Shown here: positions 1 to 8,872 of the stretch, one piece after another
Layout: each line of letters begins with the position of its first letter
Position numbering within the stretch: position 1 is the first letter of the stretch
The notes under the pieces: model-generated
Told to the model about the DNA's origin: nothing
Seen by the model: the letters and a program-made list of their open reading frames with translations, nothing else
Databases searched by the model: none
Assembly (NCBI GenBank): GCA_044866005.1
Contig: JBIOTN010000045.1
Location: forward strand, 1-34,403
Length of the DNA: 34,403 nucleotides
Origin: Candidatus Rokuibacteriota bacterium
GTDB lineage: Bacteria > Methylomirabilota > Methylomirabilia > Rokubacteriales > DASRDR01
Direction: 5' to 3'
Translations under genes and position numbers: made by a program

Positions 1-279
1 GTCCGGCTCGTAGATCAGCCATTCGACCAGGGGCTCTTCGTCCACGGCGCGCAGGCCGTCCGGGCCGAGGCCTTGCGCGCACAGCAGGGCCACGACCTCC
101 GCCGTCAGTCCGCGTCCGCAGCGGGCCACGACGCCGACCCGCGCCGGCTCGCACCAGAGCCGCGCGCCAGCGGCGGCGTAGAGGGCGTTGCCGCCGATCG
201 ACCGGCGCCAGGGGCCAGGCTCGGCCGGGACCACGTGGTCGACTGTGGTCTGCCCGATCAGGACGACGTCCGGCTTCAC
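1..279 (-). CDS. PfkB/ribokinase-family carbohydrate kinase (runs off the left window edge)
   Basis: Not in the ORF track. Manual translation from GTG 279, overlapping upstream TGA 276-278: MKPDVVLIGQTTVDHVVPAEPGPWRRSIGGNALYAAAGARLW. The N-terminal VVLIG..VD strand and GGNA motif are typical of PfkB and similar to the kinase at 3087-4013. Confidence 0.8.
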   Translation of the reverse strand, partial: MKPDVVLIGQTTVDHVVPAEPGPWRRSIGGNALYAAAGARLWCEPARVGVVARCGRGLTAEVVALLCAQGLGPDGLRAVDEEPLVEWLIYEPD

Positions 280-1121
280 GCGCTGCTCCCGATCCGCTCG
301 AGGCCGACTGTCCTCGAGACCACCAAGACGACGAGGAAGGCCAGGAGGATCTCGAGCGCGGAGACGGCCGCCACGAGCGGGCTGCTGTCGTACTGCACCA
401 GGTAATAGAGCTCCACGGGCAGGGGGCGACCCCGAGTGGACGCGGTGAAGAGGGCGATCGTGACGTTGTCGAAGGCCTCGATGAACGCGAAGGCCGCCCC
501 GGCCAGAACCCCCGCCATGATCTGCGGCAGCGTCACGTGGCGGAAGGTCTGCGCATTGCTGGCGCCGAGGTTCGCCGAGGCCTCCTCCAGCGCCGGGTCC
601 ACCCCGGCCAGCCGCGCCATGACGATCCGGACGACGAACGGCAGGCAGAACACGGAGAGGCTCAGGACGAGCATCAGGTAGGAGGCCCGGAAGGCGAAGT
701 AGGCGCCGAAGAACAGGACGGACACGCCGATGACGAGGCCGGGCATCATCTGGGGCGCCAGGAGGAACGCCCCCACCGCCGTCCGCCCGGAGAACGTCCC
801 CCGCACGAGCGCGTAGGCGGCCGGCACCCCGAGGGCGAGGCAGGCCAGCGTGACGTCGAGCGCCACCCGCAGGCTCACGACCGCGGCGTCCAGGAGCTGG
901 GCGTGCCGTCCCAGCGCCGCGTACCACCGGAGCGAGAGCTCGGCCGGCGGAAAGCCGATGTACTCCCGCGCGTCGAACGAGATCAGCACGACGACCAGCA
1001 TGGGCGCCACCAGGACCGCCACGGCCGAGAGCGCCAGCGTCACCAGGACCGCGGCGCCGGCCACGTCGCCGGCGGACCGGGTGGGGCGGCGCCGGGCAGC
1101 CCGCGAGGACGCGCGCGTCAT
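276..1121 (-). CDS. ABC transporter permease, PotC-like
   Basis: C-terminal part of the 651-aa track ORF. ATG 1121 overlaps TGA 1118-1120. Has FPPAELSLRWY, multiple TM segments and the EAA loop DPALEEASANLGAS. Confidence 0.9.
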   Translation of the reverse strand: MTRASSRAARRRPTRSAGDVAGAAVLVTLALSAVAVLVAPMLVVVLISFDAREYIGFPPAELSLRWYAALGRHAQLLDAAVVSLRVALDVTLACLALGVPAAYALVRGTFSGRTAVGAFLLAPQMMPGLVIGVSVLFFGAYFAFRASYLMLVLSLSVFCLPFVVRIVMARLAGVDPALEEASANLGASNAQTFRHVTLPQIMAGVLAGAAFAFIEAFDNVTIALFTASTRGRPLPVELYYLVQYDSSPLVAAVSALEILLAFLVVLVVSRTVGLERIGSSA

Positions 1122-2023
1122 CGCGCCGGCTCCCGCCACGCCATCAGGCGGTTCGCGGCCGCCGTGATCAGGAAGACGAACACGAAGCAGGAGCCCAGGA
1201 GGAGCGCGGCCAGGGCCGCGCCGGTGGCCCAGTCGAGGATCACGATCGTCTGCTCGTACACCTTGACGGCGACGGTCGAGTAGTTCCCGCCGCCCAGGAG
1301 CTGCGGGATGATGAAGTTCGTGTAAGAGAGCGCGAAGACGAGCGCCGTGCCGGCCGCGATGCCCGGCAGGCTCACCGGCACGACGATCCGGAGGAACGTC
1401 TCCACCTGGCTCGCCCCGAGGTTCTGCGACGACTCTTCGAGGACGCGGTCCCGGGAGGCGAGGGCCGCCATCAGCGGCAGGATCATGAACGGCAGGTGGA
1501 CCTGCGTGAGGCCGATCAGGACCGCCCAGTCGGTGTTGAGGATCCGGACCGGGGTATCCACGAGGCCGAGCCGCAAGAGCACGGTGTTGAGGAGGCCGCG
1601 GCGACCGCCCAGGATGACGAGCCAGGCGTAGGTCCGGACGAGCGCGCTCGTCAGGAGCGGCGAGATCACGGCCACCAGGAGGCACTTCTTGCCGAAGCTG
1701 CCGAGGGCGCTGTAGAGGTAGGCGACCGGATAGCCGAGAACCAGGCAGAGCGCCGTGGTGGCGCTCCCGAGCCAGAACGAGCGCCAGAAGAGCTGCCAGG
1801 AGAGCGGGTCGGCCAGGATCCGGCGGTAGTGGGCCAGGGTGAACGAGCCGGAGACCACGCGGCCGCGCTCGATGGTGAGGAACCCGAAGGCGAAGAGGAC
1901 GCAGATCGGCAGGAGGAGCGCGACGACCAGGTAGACGACCGCCGGGACCGCCGGCCACACGCCACGGCCGGAGGGAATGCGCACCCGGCCACGGCCGGTC
2001 CAGGTGCGGACGGCGGTCGTCAC
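1118..2023 (-). CDS. ABC transporter permease, PotB-like
   Basis: GTG 2023 overlaps TGA 2020-2022. Motifs LGYPVAY, SPLLTSALVRTYAW, LPFMILPL and EAA loop LEESSQNLGAS. Confidence 0.9.
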   Translation of the reverse strand: MTTAVRTWTGRGRVRIPSGRGVWPAVPAVVYLVVALLLPICVLFAFGFLTIERGRVVSGSFTLAHYRRILADPLSWQLFWRSFWLGSATTALCLVLGYPVAYLYSALGSFGKKCLLVAVISPLLTSALVRTYAWLVILGGRRGLLNTVLLRLGLVDTPVRILNTDWAVLIGLTQVHLPFMILPLMAALASRDRVLEESSQNLGASQVETFLRIVVPVSLPGIAAGTALVFALSYTNFIIPQLLGGGNYSTVAVKVYEQTIVILDWATGAALAALLLGSCFVFVFLITAAANRLMAWREPAR

Positions 2024-3090
2024 GGCGCGAGCCGCCCGGGCAGCACCACGCACCCCGCCGGGTTGCGCAGCTCGACCACCACCCGGTCGCCCACCGCGAG
2101 CTGGTCGGCACGCGCGTCGCGCATGGCGACGACCCGGAGCGGCCGGGTCGCGCCGACGTCCACCTCGTACTCCGTGGTGGCGCCGGCGTGCTTGACGAAG
2201 GCGAGCGTGCCGCCCCATCCGCCACCGGCACGGCCGACGCGGACGCCCAGGTGCTCGGGCCGGACGACGACCGTCACCGGGCCGGCGTGGTCGGTCGGCA
2301 GCTCGACCCCCGGGCCGACCGCGACCCGGCCCCCCACCGCCTCGCCCCCGAGCAGGTTCGAGCGCCCGACGAAGTCGGCGACGTACGCGCTGGCCGGTCG
2401 GTCGTAGATCTCGAGCGGCGTCCCCACCTGCGCGATGAGCCCGGCCTGCATCACCGCCAGCCGATCGGAGAGCGCCAGGGCCTCGTCCTGGTCGTGCGTG
2501 ACGAAGACGCTGGTGATCCCGAGGCGCCGGACGAGCTTCTTGAGGTCGACCTGCATGGCCTGCCGCAGCTTGGCGTCGAGGGCGCCGAAGGGCTCGTCGA
2601 GGAGGAGGACGTGCGGCTCCAGGACGAGCACGCGGGCCAGGGCCACGCGCTGCTGCTGCCCGCCGGAGAGCTGGGCGGGCCAGCGCGCCGCCAGCCCGGC
2701 GAGCCCGACGAGATCGAGGGCGGCCCGCACGCGGCGCTCGATCTCCGCGCGCCGGACGCGCCGCACGCGCAAGCCGTAGGCGACGTTCCCGAACACGGTC
2801 ATGTGCGGGAAGAGGGCGTAGTGCTGGAAGACCATTCCGACCTGCCGCCGGTTGGCCGGCAGCCGGGTCACGTCGCGATCGCCGATCACGACGCCGCCGG
2901 CGTCCGGGACGACGAGGCCGGCGATCACCCGCAGGAGCGTCGTCTTGCCGCACCCCGACGGCCCGAGCAGGGTCATCAGCTCGCCCTTCCGGACGTCGAG
3001 GTCGCAGCCGCGCAGGACCGGCAGGCCTCCGAACGCTTTCTCGACGCCCTGCAGGCGGACGTGCGGAACGGGCGCCGCCGGCGCCCTCAC
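2020..3090 (-). CDS. ABC transporter ATP-binding protein, PotA-like
   Basis: Walker A GPSGCGKT, signature LSGGQQQR, Walker B LLLDEP, H-loop VTHDQ, C-terminal TOBE-like region. Start taken as GTG 3090, overlapping the upstream stop; the track start is 3108. Confidence 0.95.
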   Translation of the reverse strand: MRAPAAPVPHVRLQGVEKAFGGLPVLRGCDLDVRKGELMTLLGPSGCGKTTLLRVIAGLVVPDAGGVVIGDRDVTRLPANRRQVGMVFQHYALFPHMTVFGNVAYGLRVRRVRRAEIERRVRAALDLVGLAGLAARWPAQLSGGQQQRVALARVLVLEPHVLLLDEPFGALDAKLRQAMQVDLKKLVRRLGITSVFVTHDQDEALALSDRLAVMQAGLIAQVGTPLEIYDRPASAYVADFVGRSNLLGGEAVGGRVAVGPGVELPTDHAGPVTVVVRPEHLGVRVGRAGGGWGGTLAFVKHAGATTEYEVDVGATRPLRVVAMRDARADQLAVGDRVVVELRNPAGCVVLPGRLAP

Positions 3091-4013
3091 GCCGGCGCCG
3101 GAGGCCACCGAGGCTCCACGGGCGCGAGGGGCCCGCCCGGGCGCGCCCGGGCGAGGCCGAGCGCTGCCGGCCCCACGCCCGCGACCGCGCGCCCCGCGAC
3201 CTCCCGGGCGAGCGCGAGGAGCGCCGCGTCGTCGAGCCCGCGCGCGAGGCCCGCGCCGAGCGCCCCGACGCAGGCGTCGCCGGCGCCGGTCGGGTCGACG
3301 ACCGGGCCCGGGCCGGCCGGCAGCCGGATGCCGGCCGGGTGGGCGGCCGAGCAGAGGGCGAGCCCCTCCGGCCCGCGCTTCTGCACCACGCGCGGACAGC
3401 GCCGGGCCAGCGCCGCGAGCGCGGCGTCGTCGGCGAGGCCGGGGAGGAGCAGGCGCGTCTCCTCGCGGCTCGGCGCGAACAGGGCCAGGCGCGCGGCCAG
3501 CCGGAGGAGGGCGTCCCGCTCCCGCGCCGCGAAGGCCTCGCTCGTGTCCCCGACGACGGCGGCGCCCTGGGCCGTCGCCCAGTCGAGCTGCCGCGCCAGG
3601 AGCGCCGCCGGCATCGCGGTCAGGACCGCGACCGCCGGCCGCGGGGTCGCGGGCGGGAGCGGCGGGGCGAGCGCCTCGGTCGCGGCGTGCCAGGCGGGGT
3701 CGGCGTAGTGCGGCGAGGCGCGCCCGCCGTCGGCGCGGTGGTCGAGGCGGGCCCGCCGGGTGGGGTGATCGCGCGGCACGACGGCGGCGCAGTCGACGCC
3801 GGCCTCGCGGAGCGCCTGGAGGACGTCCTCCGGGAAGTCCGGGCCCCGGGCCGCGACGAGCGTGGCGGCCGCCCCGGCGGCTCGCGCGCCGAGCGCGGCG
3901 TAGAGCGCCGCGCCGCCGGGGACGTCGCGGTGCACGCGGCCGTCCACCGCGATCTCGTCGAGCGAGAGGTAGCCGACGACCACGACGACCTGCGGGCCAC
4001 CGCCGGCGCTCAC
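3087..4013 (-). CDS. PfkB-family carbohydrate kinase
   Basis: N-terminal VVVGYLSLD and PGGAALYAA; C-terminal PfkB signature VDPTGAGDACVG. Confidence 0.9.
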   Translation of the reverse strand: MSAGGGPQVVVVVGYLSLDEIAVDGRVHRDVPGGAALYAALGARAAGAAATLVAARGPDFPEDVLQALREAGVDCAAVVPRDHPTRRARLDHRADGGRASPHYADPAWHAATEALAPPLPPATPRPAVAVLTAMPAALLARQLDWATAQGAAVVGDTSEAFAARERDALLRLAARLALFAPSREETRLLLPGLADDAALAALARRCPRVVQKRGPEGLALCSAAHPAGIRLPAGPGPVVDPTGAGDACVGALGAGLARGLDDAALLALAREVAGRAVAGVGPAALGLARARPGGPLAPVEPRWPPAPA

Positions 4014-4077
4014 GCGGCCGTCCCGTCGCGACTCCCCCGCGGGGAGCCCGGCCGTCCCGCCGTCCCGCTCACGCGGC

Positions 4078-5250
4078 TTACCGTCCCGTGCCGACGAGCG
4101 TCCGCCGCGTGAGCTTCCGGCTCACCTGGAAGCGCGCCCGATCGTCCCGGAGGTGCGCCCGCGTGTTGGGGTCGAGGCCGGTCGCGAGGGCCAGGTGATA
4201 GGCGAGGAGCTGGAGCGGGATCGGCACGACCAGCGGGGCCAGCCATTCAGGGACGGCCGGAAGCCTCAGGCGACGGCGGGCGCTCGGGACCGCCTCGCCG
4301 CCGCTCTCGATCGCCAGCGTCTCGAAGCCCAGCTCGGCGAGCGCCTCCGCCCCCTCGCTCGCCTGACGCGCGAGGCGGCCGTTCGGCACGAGGTAGACGA
4401 CGAGGTCCCGGGGATCGGCCGACCAGAACTGGCGGTGGGCGAACTCTTCCATGTCGTCGCTCCACGCCGGGATGCGCGTCAGCTCGACGAGCTTGGCCGC
4501 CCCGTAGTCCGCCGTCGCCACGTGCGGCCCGGCCGCGAGGAGGCGGGCGCCGCTGACCCCCCGCCGCGCGGCGGCCGCGGCGACCTCGGCCGCCCAGCCC
4601 TCGGCCTCCGCGATCGCGCGCGGGAGCCGGCCGAGCGCGTCGGCGATGGCGGGCTCCGACGCCTGCCACGTCGGATCGGCCTCGGCCGCCGGGCGCCCGC
4701 CGGGCGACGCGACGTCGAGCATGAGGAGGATCAGGGCGAGCACCGTCCCCGTGTACGTCGAGGTGCCGCAGAGGAACGGGGCGAGGTCCGGAATGTCGAG
4801 CGAGAGCTTCCGCGGCGCCGCCTGGGCCAGGCGGCCCCCGGCGCCGTTGACCAGCACGAGGCCCCGCGCGCCCCGCGCGCGCGCGGCCTCCCACGCCTCG
4901 ACGGTCCGGTCCACGTTCCCCGACATGGAGACGACGAGGACCCGGTCCGCACCGCTGAGCGAGGGCGCCCCGTAGACCAGGAAGTCGAGCGCGCTCGCGG
5001 CCCGGCAGGGCACGCCGGACCGCCGCCCGACGCCCTCGACCACCGCACGGGCGGCGAACCAGCCGTCCCCGCAGCCGACGGCGTAGAGCCTCCCGCCGGG
5101 GGCCGGCGTCAGCGCGTCGCGGCCCGCCGCCCGGAGCTCGGCGGCGCGCCCCAGGAGCCGCCCCAGGGATTCGGGCTGGCGCCGGACGTCCTCCAGCATC
5201 GGCGCCGACGGCCCGCCCGGCGGGGTGGGCGCCGGCGCGCCCGCCGTCAC
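4078..5250 (-). CDS. Double SIS-domain protein (GlmS isomerase / FrlB deglycase-like)
   Basis: MLEDVRRQPESL, AVGCGDG, VSMSGN, KLVELTRIPAWSDDMEEFAH, IPLQLLAYHLALATGLDP match GlmS/FrlB SIS architecture. No glutaminase domain. Start is GTG 5250 (overlap) or ATG 5199. Confidence 0.85.
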   Translation of the reverse strand: MTAGAPAPTPPGGPSAPMLEDVRRQPESLGRLLGRAAELRAAGRDALTPAPGGRLYAVGCGDGWFAARAVVEGVGRRSGVPCRAASALDFLVYGAPSLSGADRVLVVSMSGNVDRTVEAWEAARARGARGLVLVNGAGGRLAQAAPRKLSLDIPDLAPFLCGTSTYTGTVLALILLMLDVASPGGRPAAEADPTWQASEPAIADALGRLPRAIAEAEGWAAEVAAAAARRGVSGARLLAAGPHVATADYGAAKLVELTRIPAWSDDMEEFAHRQFWSADPRDLVVYLVPNGRLARQASEGAEALAELGFETLAIESGGEAVPSARRRLRLPAVPEWLAPLVVPIPLQLLAYHLALATGLDPNTRAHLRDDRARFQVSRKLTRRTLVGTGR

Positions 5251-6326
5251 GAGGCGAATTCCCGGTCGAATCGATCGACGATCGCGCCGCGCACCGGGGC
5301 GATCTTCTCCCAGTCGATCGTCTGGAGCCGGAGCACCTCCTCGGGCGTGGCCGGCGTGTACGGCCGGGCCGCCTCCGGCAGCGCGACGCCCTTGACCGTG
5401 GGGCCGAAGTAGTACGGCCGATCCGCCGCGAGGGCCTGGTACTCGACGCTGAGGATCCCGTTCAGCCACTCGGCGACGAGGTCGGGGTGCCGGGTGCCCG
5501 TGATCTCGGAGAAGAAGGAGATCACCGCCACCGGCCCCGGCGCGGGCTTGACGAACCGGATCGGCATGCCCTTGTCGGCGAGCGCCGCCGCGCCGTTGTT
5601 CCAGAGCGGCGCCAGCCCCACCTCGGCGCGCTCCATGAGTTGGGTCAGGATGCTCGGGCTCCGCCCGACCACCGGCTTGAGCTCCTTGATGCGGGCAAAC
5701 GCGGGATCGAGCCGGTCCTCGCCCCCGCCGTTCGCCTTGGCCACGATGGCCAGGAACCCCAGGCCGAGGTTCGAGGACGCGCGCGGGATCCCGATGAGCC
5801 CCCGGTACTCGGGCCGCCACAGGTCGGCCCAGCTCGCCGGCGGGCTCTTGACGAGCTGGGTGTTGTACGCGAGGCCGATCAAGGAGTAGGTGGCGGGCAC
5901 GCCGTAGCCCTGGCTCTTGCGGGCGAACTCCGGATAGGCGGTCGGGTAGTTGGGCACGCGATCGGGCCGCACCTTCTGGATGTACCCGTCGCGGATGCCG
6001 ATGAGGTGGGGCGGCTCGTCGTTCGGCATGGCGTCGTACGGGCTCACCCCCTGGCCCGCCTTGATCTGCGCGACGATGTCCTGCGACTCGCTGGGCACCA
6101 GGCGGATCCGGAGCCCGGGATGGCGCTTCTCCATCCGGTCCGCCAGCCAGCGGTGTGGCTCCTGGAGCTTCCCGCCGTAGGTGACGACGACCAGCTCGCG
6201 CTCCTGCGCCCGCCCGCCCCGGGGCAGGCCGGCGGCGAGCGCCCCCGCGCCCGCGCCGGCGAGCATCCGGGTGAAGGCCCGGCGCGTGAGCCCGGGGGTC
6301 CGGATCGCACCGTCTCGTGGCGTCAT
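5247..6326 (-). CDS. Extracellular solute-binding protein (PotD/SBP_bac_8-like) with Tat signal, paralogue 1
   Basis: ATG 6326 after GGAGG. Twin-arginine LTRRAF; GLAYNT, PPASWADLWRPEY, EYQA. Confidence 0.9.
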   Translation of the reverse strand: MTPRDGAIRTPGLTRRAFTRMLAGAGAGALAAGLPRGGRAQERELVVVTYGGKLQEPHRWLADRMEKRHPGLRIRLVPSESQDIVAQIKAGQGVSPYDAMPNDEPPHLIGIRDGYIQKVRPDRVPNYPTAYPEFARKSQGYGVPATYSLIGLAYNTQLVKSPPASWADLWRPEYRGLIGIPRASSNLGLGFLAIVAKANGGGEDRLDPAFARIKELKPVVGRSPSILTQLMERAEVGLAPLWNNGAAALADKGMPIRFVKPAPGPVAVISFFSEITGTRHPDLVAEWLNGILSVEYQALAADRPYYFGPTVKGVALPEAARPYTPATPEEVLRLQTIDWEKIAPVRGAIVDRFDREFAS

Positions 6327-6348
6327 GGCTCGTCCTCCCTCCGCCGCC

Positions 6349-7404
6349 TCAGGCCCCGAGCTCGCGGTCGAAGCGGTCGACGATCTGACCGCGCACCGGC
6401 ACGATCTTGGGCCAGTCCACGGTCTCGAGCCGCAGCACCTCCTCGGGCGTGGACGGCGTGTAGGGCCGCGCCGCATCGGGCACGGCCACGCCCCGGACCG
6501 TGGGGCCGAAGTAGTACGGCCGATCGGCGGCGTGGGCCTGGTACTCGGGACTGAGGATGCCGTCGAGCCACTCGTTCACGAGCTCGGGGTGGCGCGTCCG
6601 CGTGATGGCCGAGAAGAAGGAGATGATGGCGACCGGACCGGGGTCGGGCTTCACGAACCGGATGGGCATCCCCTTCTCGGCCAGCGTCGCGGCGTCGTTG
6701 TTCCAGAGCGGCGCCACGCCGATCTCGGCCCGCTCCATGAGCTGCGCGAGCGCGGTCGGCGTCCGGCCCACGACCGGCTTGAGCTCCCGGGTCTTGGCAA
6801 AGGCGGGATCGAGCCGGTCCTCGGCGCCGCCGAAGATCTTGGCGACGATGGCGAGATAGCCGAGCCCGAGGTTCGACGACGCCCGCGGGACGCCGACCAG
6901 CCCCTTGTACTCGGGTCGCCAGAGATCGGCCCAGCTCGCCGGCGGACTCTTGACGAGCTGCGTGTTGTACGCCAGACCGATCAGGGAGTAGGTGGCCGGC
7001 ACGCCGTAGCCCTGGCTCTTCTTGACGAACTCGGGGTAGACGTTCCGGTAGTTGGGGATCCTCGCCGGCTCGAGCTTCTGGATGTAGCCTTCCTTGATCC
7101 CGATCAGGTGCGGCGGCTCGCCGTTCGGCATGGCGTCGTAGGGGCTGTATCCCTGGGCCGCCTTGATCTGCGCGACGATGTCCTGCGACTCGCTCGGCAC
7201 CAGGCGGATCCGGAGCCCGGGATGGCGCTTCTCCATGCGATCGGCCAGCCAGCGGTGCGGCTCCTGGAGCTTCCCGCCGTAGCTGATGAGGACGAGCTCG
7301 CGCTCCTGGGCCCGGCCGAGCGCGGGCAGGCTGGCCACGAGGGCGGAGGCCCCGGCGCCGACGACGGTCGTGTGAAACGCTCTGCGCGTGATGGACTCGG
7401 CCAT
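6349..7404 (-). CDS. Extracellular solute-binding protein (PotD/SBP_bac_8-like) with Tat signal, paralogue 2
   Basis: ATG 7404 after a purine-rich RBS. Twin-arginine ITRRAF. About 82% identical to paralogue 1 over the mature region by manual count. Confidence 0.9.
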   Translation of the reverse strand: MAESITRRAFHTTVVGAGASALVASLPALGRAQERELVLISYGGKLQEPHRWLADRMEKRHPGLRIRLVPSESQDIVAQIKAAQGYSPYDAMPNGEPPHLIGIKEGYIQKLEPARIPNYRNVYPEFVKKSQGYGVPATYSLIGLAYNTQLVKSPPASWADLWRPEYKGLVGVPRASSNLGLGYLAIVAKIFGGAEDRLDPAFAKTRELKPVVGRTPTALAQLMERAEIGVAPLWNNDAATLAEKGMPIRFVKPDPGPVAIISFFSAITRTRHPELVNEWLDGILSPEYQAHAADRPYYFGPTVRGVAVPDAARPYTPSTPEEVLRLETVDWPKIVPVRGQIVDRFDRELGA

Positions 7405-7418
7405 GGTCCTTCTCCCTT

Positions 7419-8576
7419 TCACGTGAGGCCGTCCGGGCTCTCGCGCACCGCTCCCTTGCGGATCAGCCAGTAGTCGTCCTGTCGGCGGAGCGGCGTGCGC
7501 GGGACTCCGGTCAGCCGGGCGAGGTGGAGCACGAGAAGCTGCAGGGGGACGTGATAGGTGACGGGCGTGAGGAGCTCGGGGACCTCGTCCGGCAGATCGA
7601 GCCGGGCATGCGCCTTCGGGAACCGGCCGTGGGCGGGGTGGCCCACGACCACCGCGCGGCCCCCGGCCCCGACGATCCCGTCGACCAGCTCCTCGGCGCG
7701 GTCCAGGGCGTTCCCGGGCGGGGCCAGGACGACGACGACCGCGCGCGTCTTCCAGGCGAGCGTGAGGAAGTACTGGAGATGCGCCCACTCCTCCAGGTCC
7801 TGGGCGATGCCGTTCCAGGGAAGCTGCTCGTGAAACTTGGCCGCGGCGTACTCCGCCGTCCCGCGGTTCGGACCGGCGCCGATCACCCAGACGGTGTCGC
7901 CGTCGCGCAGCTCCTCCGCCAGCGCCGCGACGGCGGGCTCGACCGCGCCCGCCGCCTCGCCGATCGCGCCGACGGCCGCGTCGAGCCGGGCGAGCCAGCC
8001 GGCCTCCTCCGCGACCGACAGCCGCCCCGCGCGCCGGCCCAGCGCGAGTCCGAGGACGTCGAGGGTGACCAGGGTCGCGACGTACTCCACCATGTTGAGA
8101 TGGACACGCGCGCAGGTCGGGTCCAGGCCCTCCAGCGGCCGCACCGGCCGGTGGACCAGGCGCTCGGCCAGTGTGGCCAGCGGCCCGACCCGGCTCCCGG
8201 TGACGGCCACGGTGAGGCTACCCCGCTGGCGCGAGAGGCGCATCGCCTCCCGCGTCCGGGCAGAGCTGCCGGAGTTCGAGACCCCGACGACGACGTCGTC
8301 CGGGGCGAGGAGCGGCACCTCGTAGCGCGCCAGCTCGAGGGCGGTCAGGACCTCGGCGCGGCGCCCCGACCAGCGCCGGAGCGCGGGCAGGGCGGCCCTC
8401 GCCGCGAAGAGGCTGTCGCCGGAGCCGGTGAACACGAGCCGCCCGCCCGCCTGGAGGCGCGCGTCCCCGAGGAGGTCGGCGATCGCCGGCGCCAGCGTCG
8501 CGCGGAGCTCCCGGCAGTCCAGCCCCCGGCGGATCGCGTCGGCCAGCCCCTCGGCGAAGCGCTGCGGATAGCCCAC
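7419..8576 (-). CDS. Double SIS-domain protein (GlmS isomerase / FrlB deglycase-like), first gene of the operon
   Basis: FTGSGDS, VSNSGSS, VIGAGPN, KFHEQLPWNGIAQDLEEWAH, VPLQLL. Confidence 0.85.
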   Translation of the reverse strand: MGYPQRFAEGLADAIRRGLDCRELRATLAPAIADLLGDARLQAGGRLVFTGSGDSLFAARAALPALRRWSGRRAEVLTALELARYEVPLLAPDDVVVGVSNSGSSARTREAMRLSRQRGSLTVAVTGSRVGPLATLAERLVHRPVRPLEGLDPTCARVHLNMVEYVATLVTLDVLGLALGRRAGRLSVAEEAGWLARLDAAVGAIGEAAGAVEPAVAALAEELRDGDTVWVIGAGPNRGTAEYAAAKFHEQLPWNGIAQDLEEWAHLQYFLTLAWKTRAVVVVLAPPGNALDRAEELVDGIVGAGGRAVVVGHPAHGRFPKAHARLDLPDEVPELLTPVTYHVPLQLLVLHLARLTGVPRTPLRRQDDYWLIRKGAVRESPDGLT

Positions 8577-8609
8577 CCCGAGTCCTCTCGACGCCGTGTC
8601 GGCCCCCCG

Positions 8610-8639
8610 ATTCTACAGGCAGCGGCGCGGCGCTGTCCA
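8610..8639 (-). promoter_or_regulatory. Putative sigma70 promoter of the SIS/PfkB/ABC operon
   Basis: Minus strand TGGACA-N18-TAGAAT, about 35 nt upstream of start 8576. Confidence 0.55.
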
Positions 8640-8872
8640 CGCGCGCGCCAACGCCAGGTAGCGCCTGAATTTGAAGGTGGGCTTTGTTGGCGACCGGGCC
8701 AGGTCGGGGCGCGAGAACAACCCCGCACGTTCGGCGCGGCGTCCTCCGGCGGCTTGCGTATTACGGCCACGGCCCTGGCGTGCTGCGGAGTCTCCAGGAC
8801 GGCGGGACGAATTGACGCCTCGCAAGCGGGTCGGATACCCTCTTGGCGTCCCGCCCCGCGCCGGAGGTGCGT

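Noticed and set aside
276..2231. 651-aa ORF as a large fusion permease (likewise the 611-aa 1118..2953 and 580-aa 4078..5820 ORFs)
   Set aside because: The N-terminal parts are low-complexity R/P/G/A off-frame read-through over neighbouring genes; real starts are at the ATGA/GTGA overlaps.
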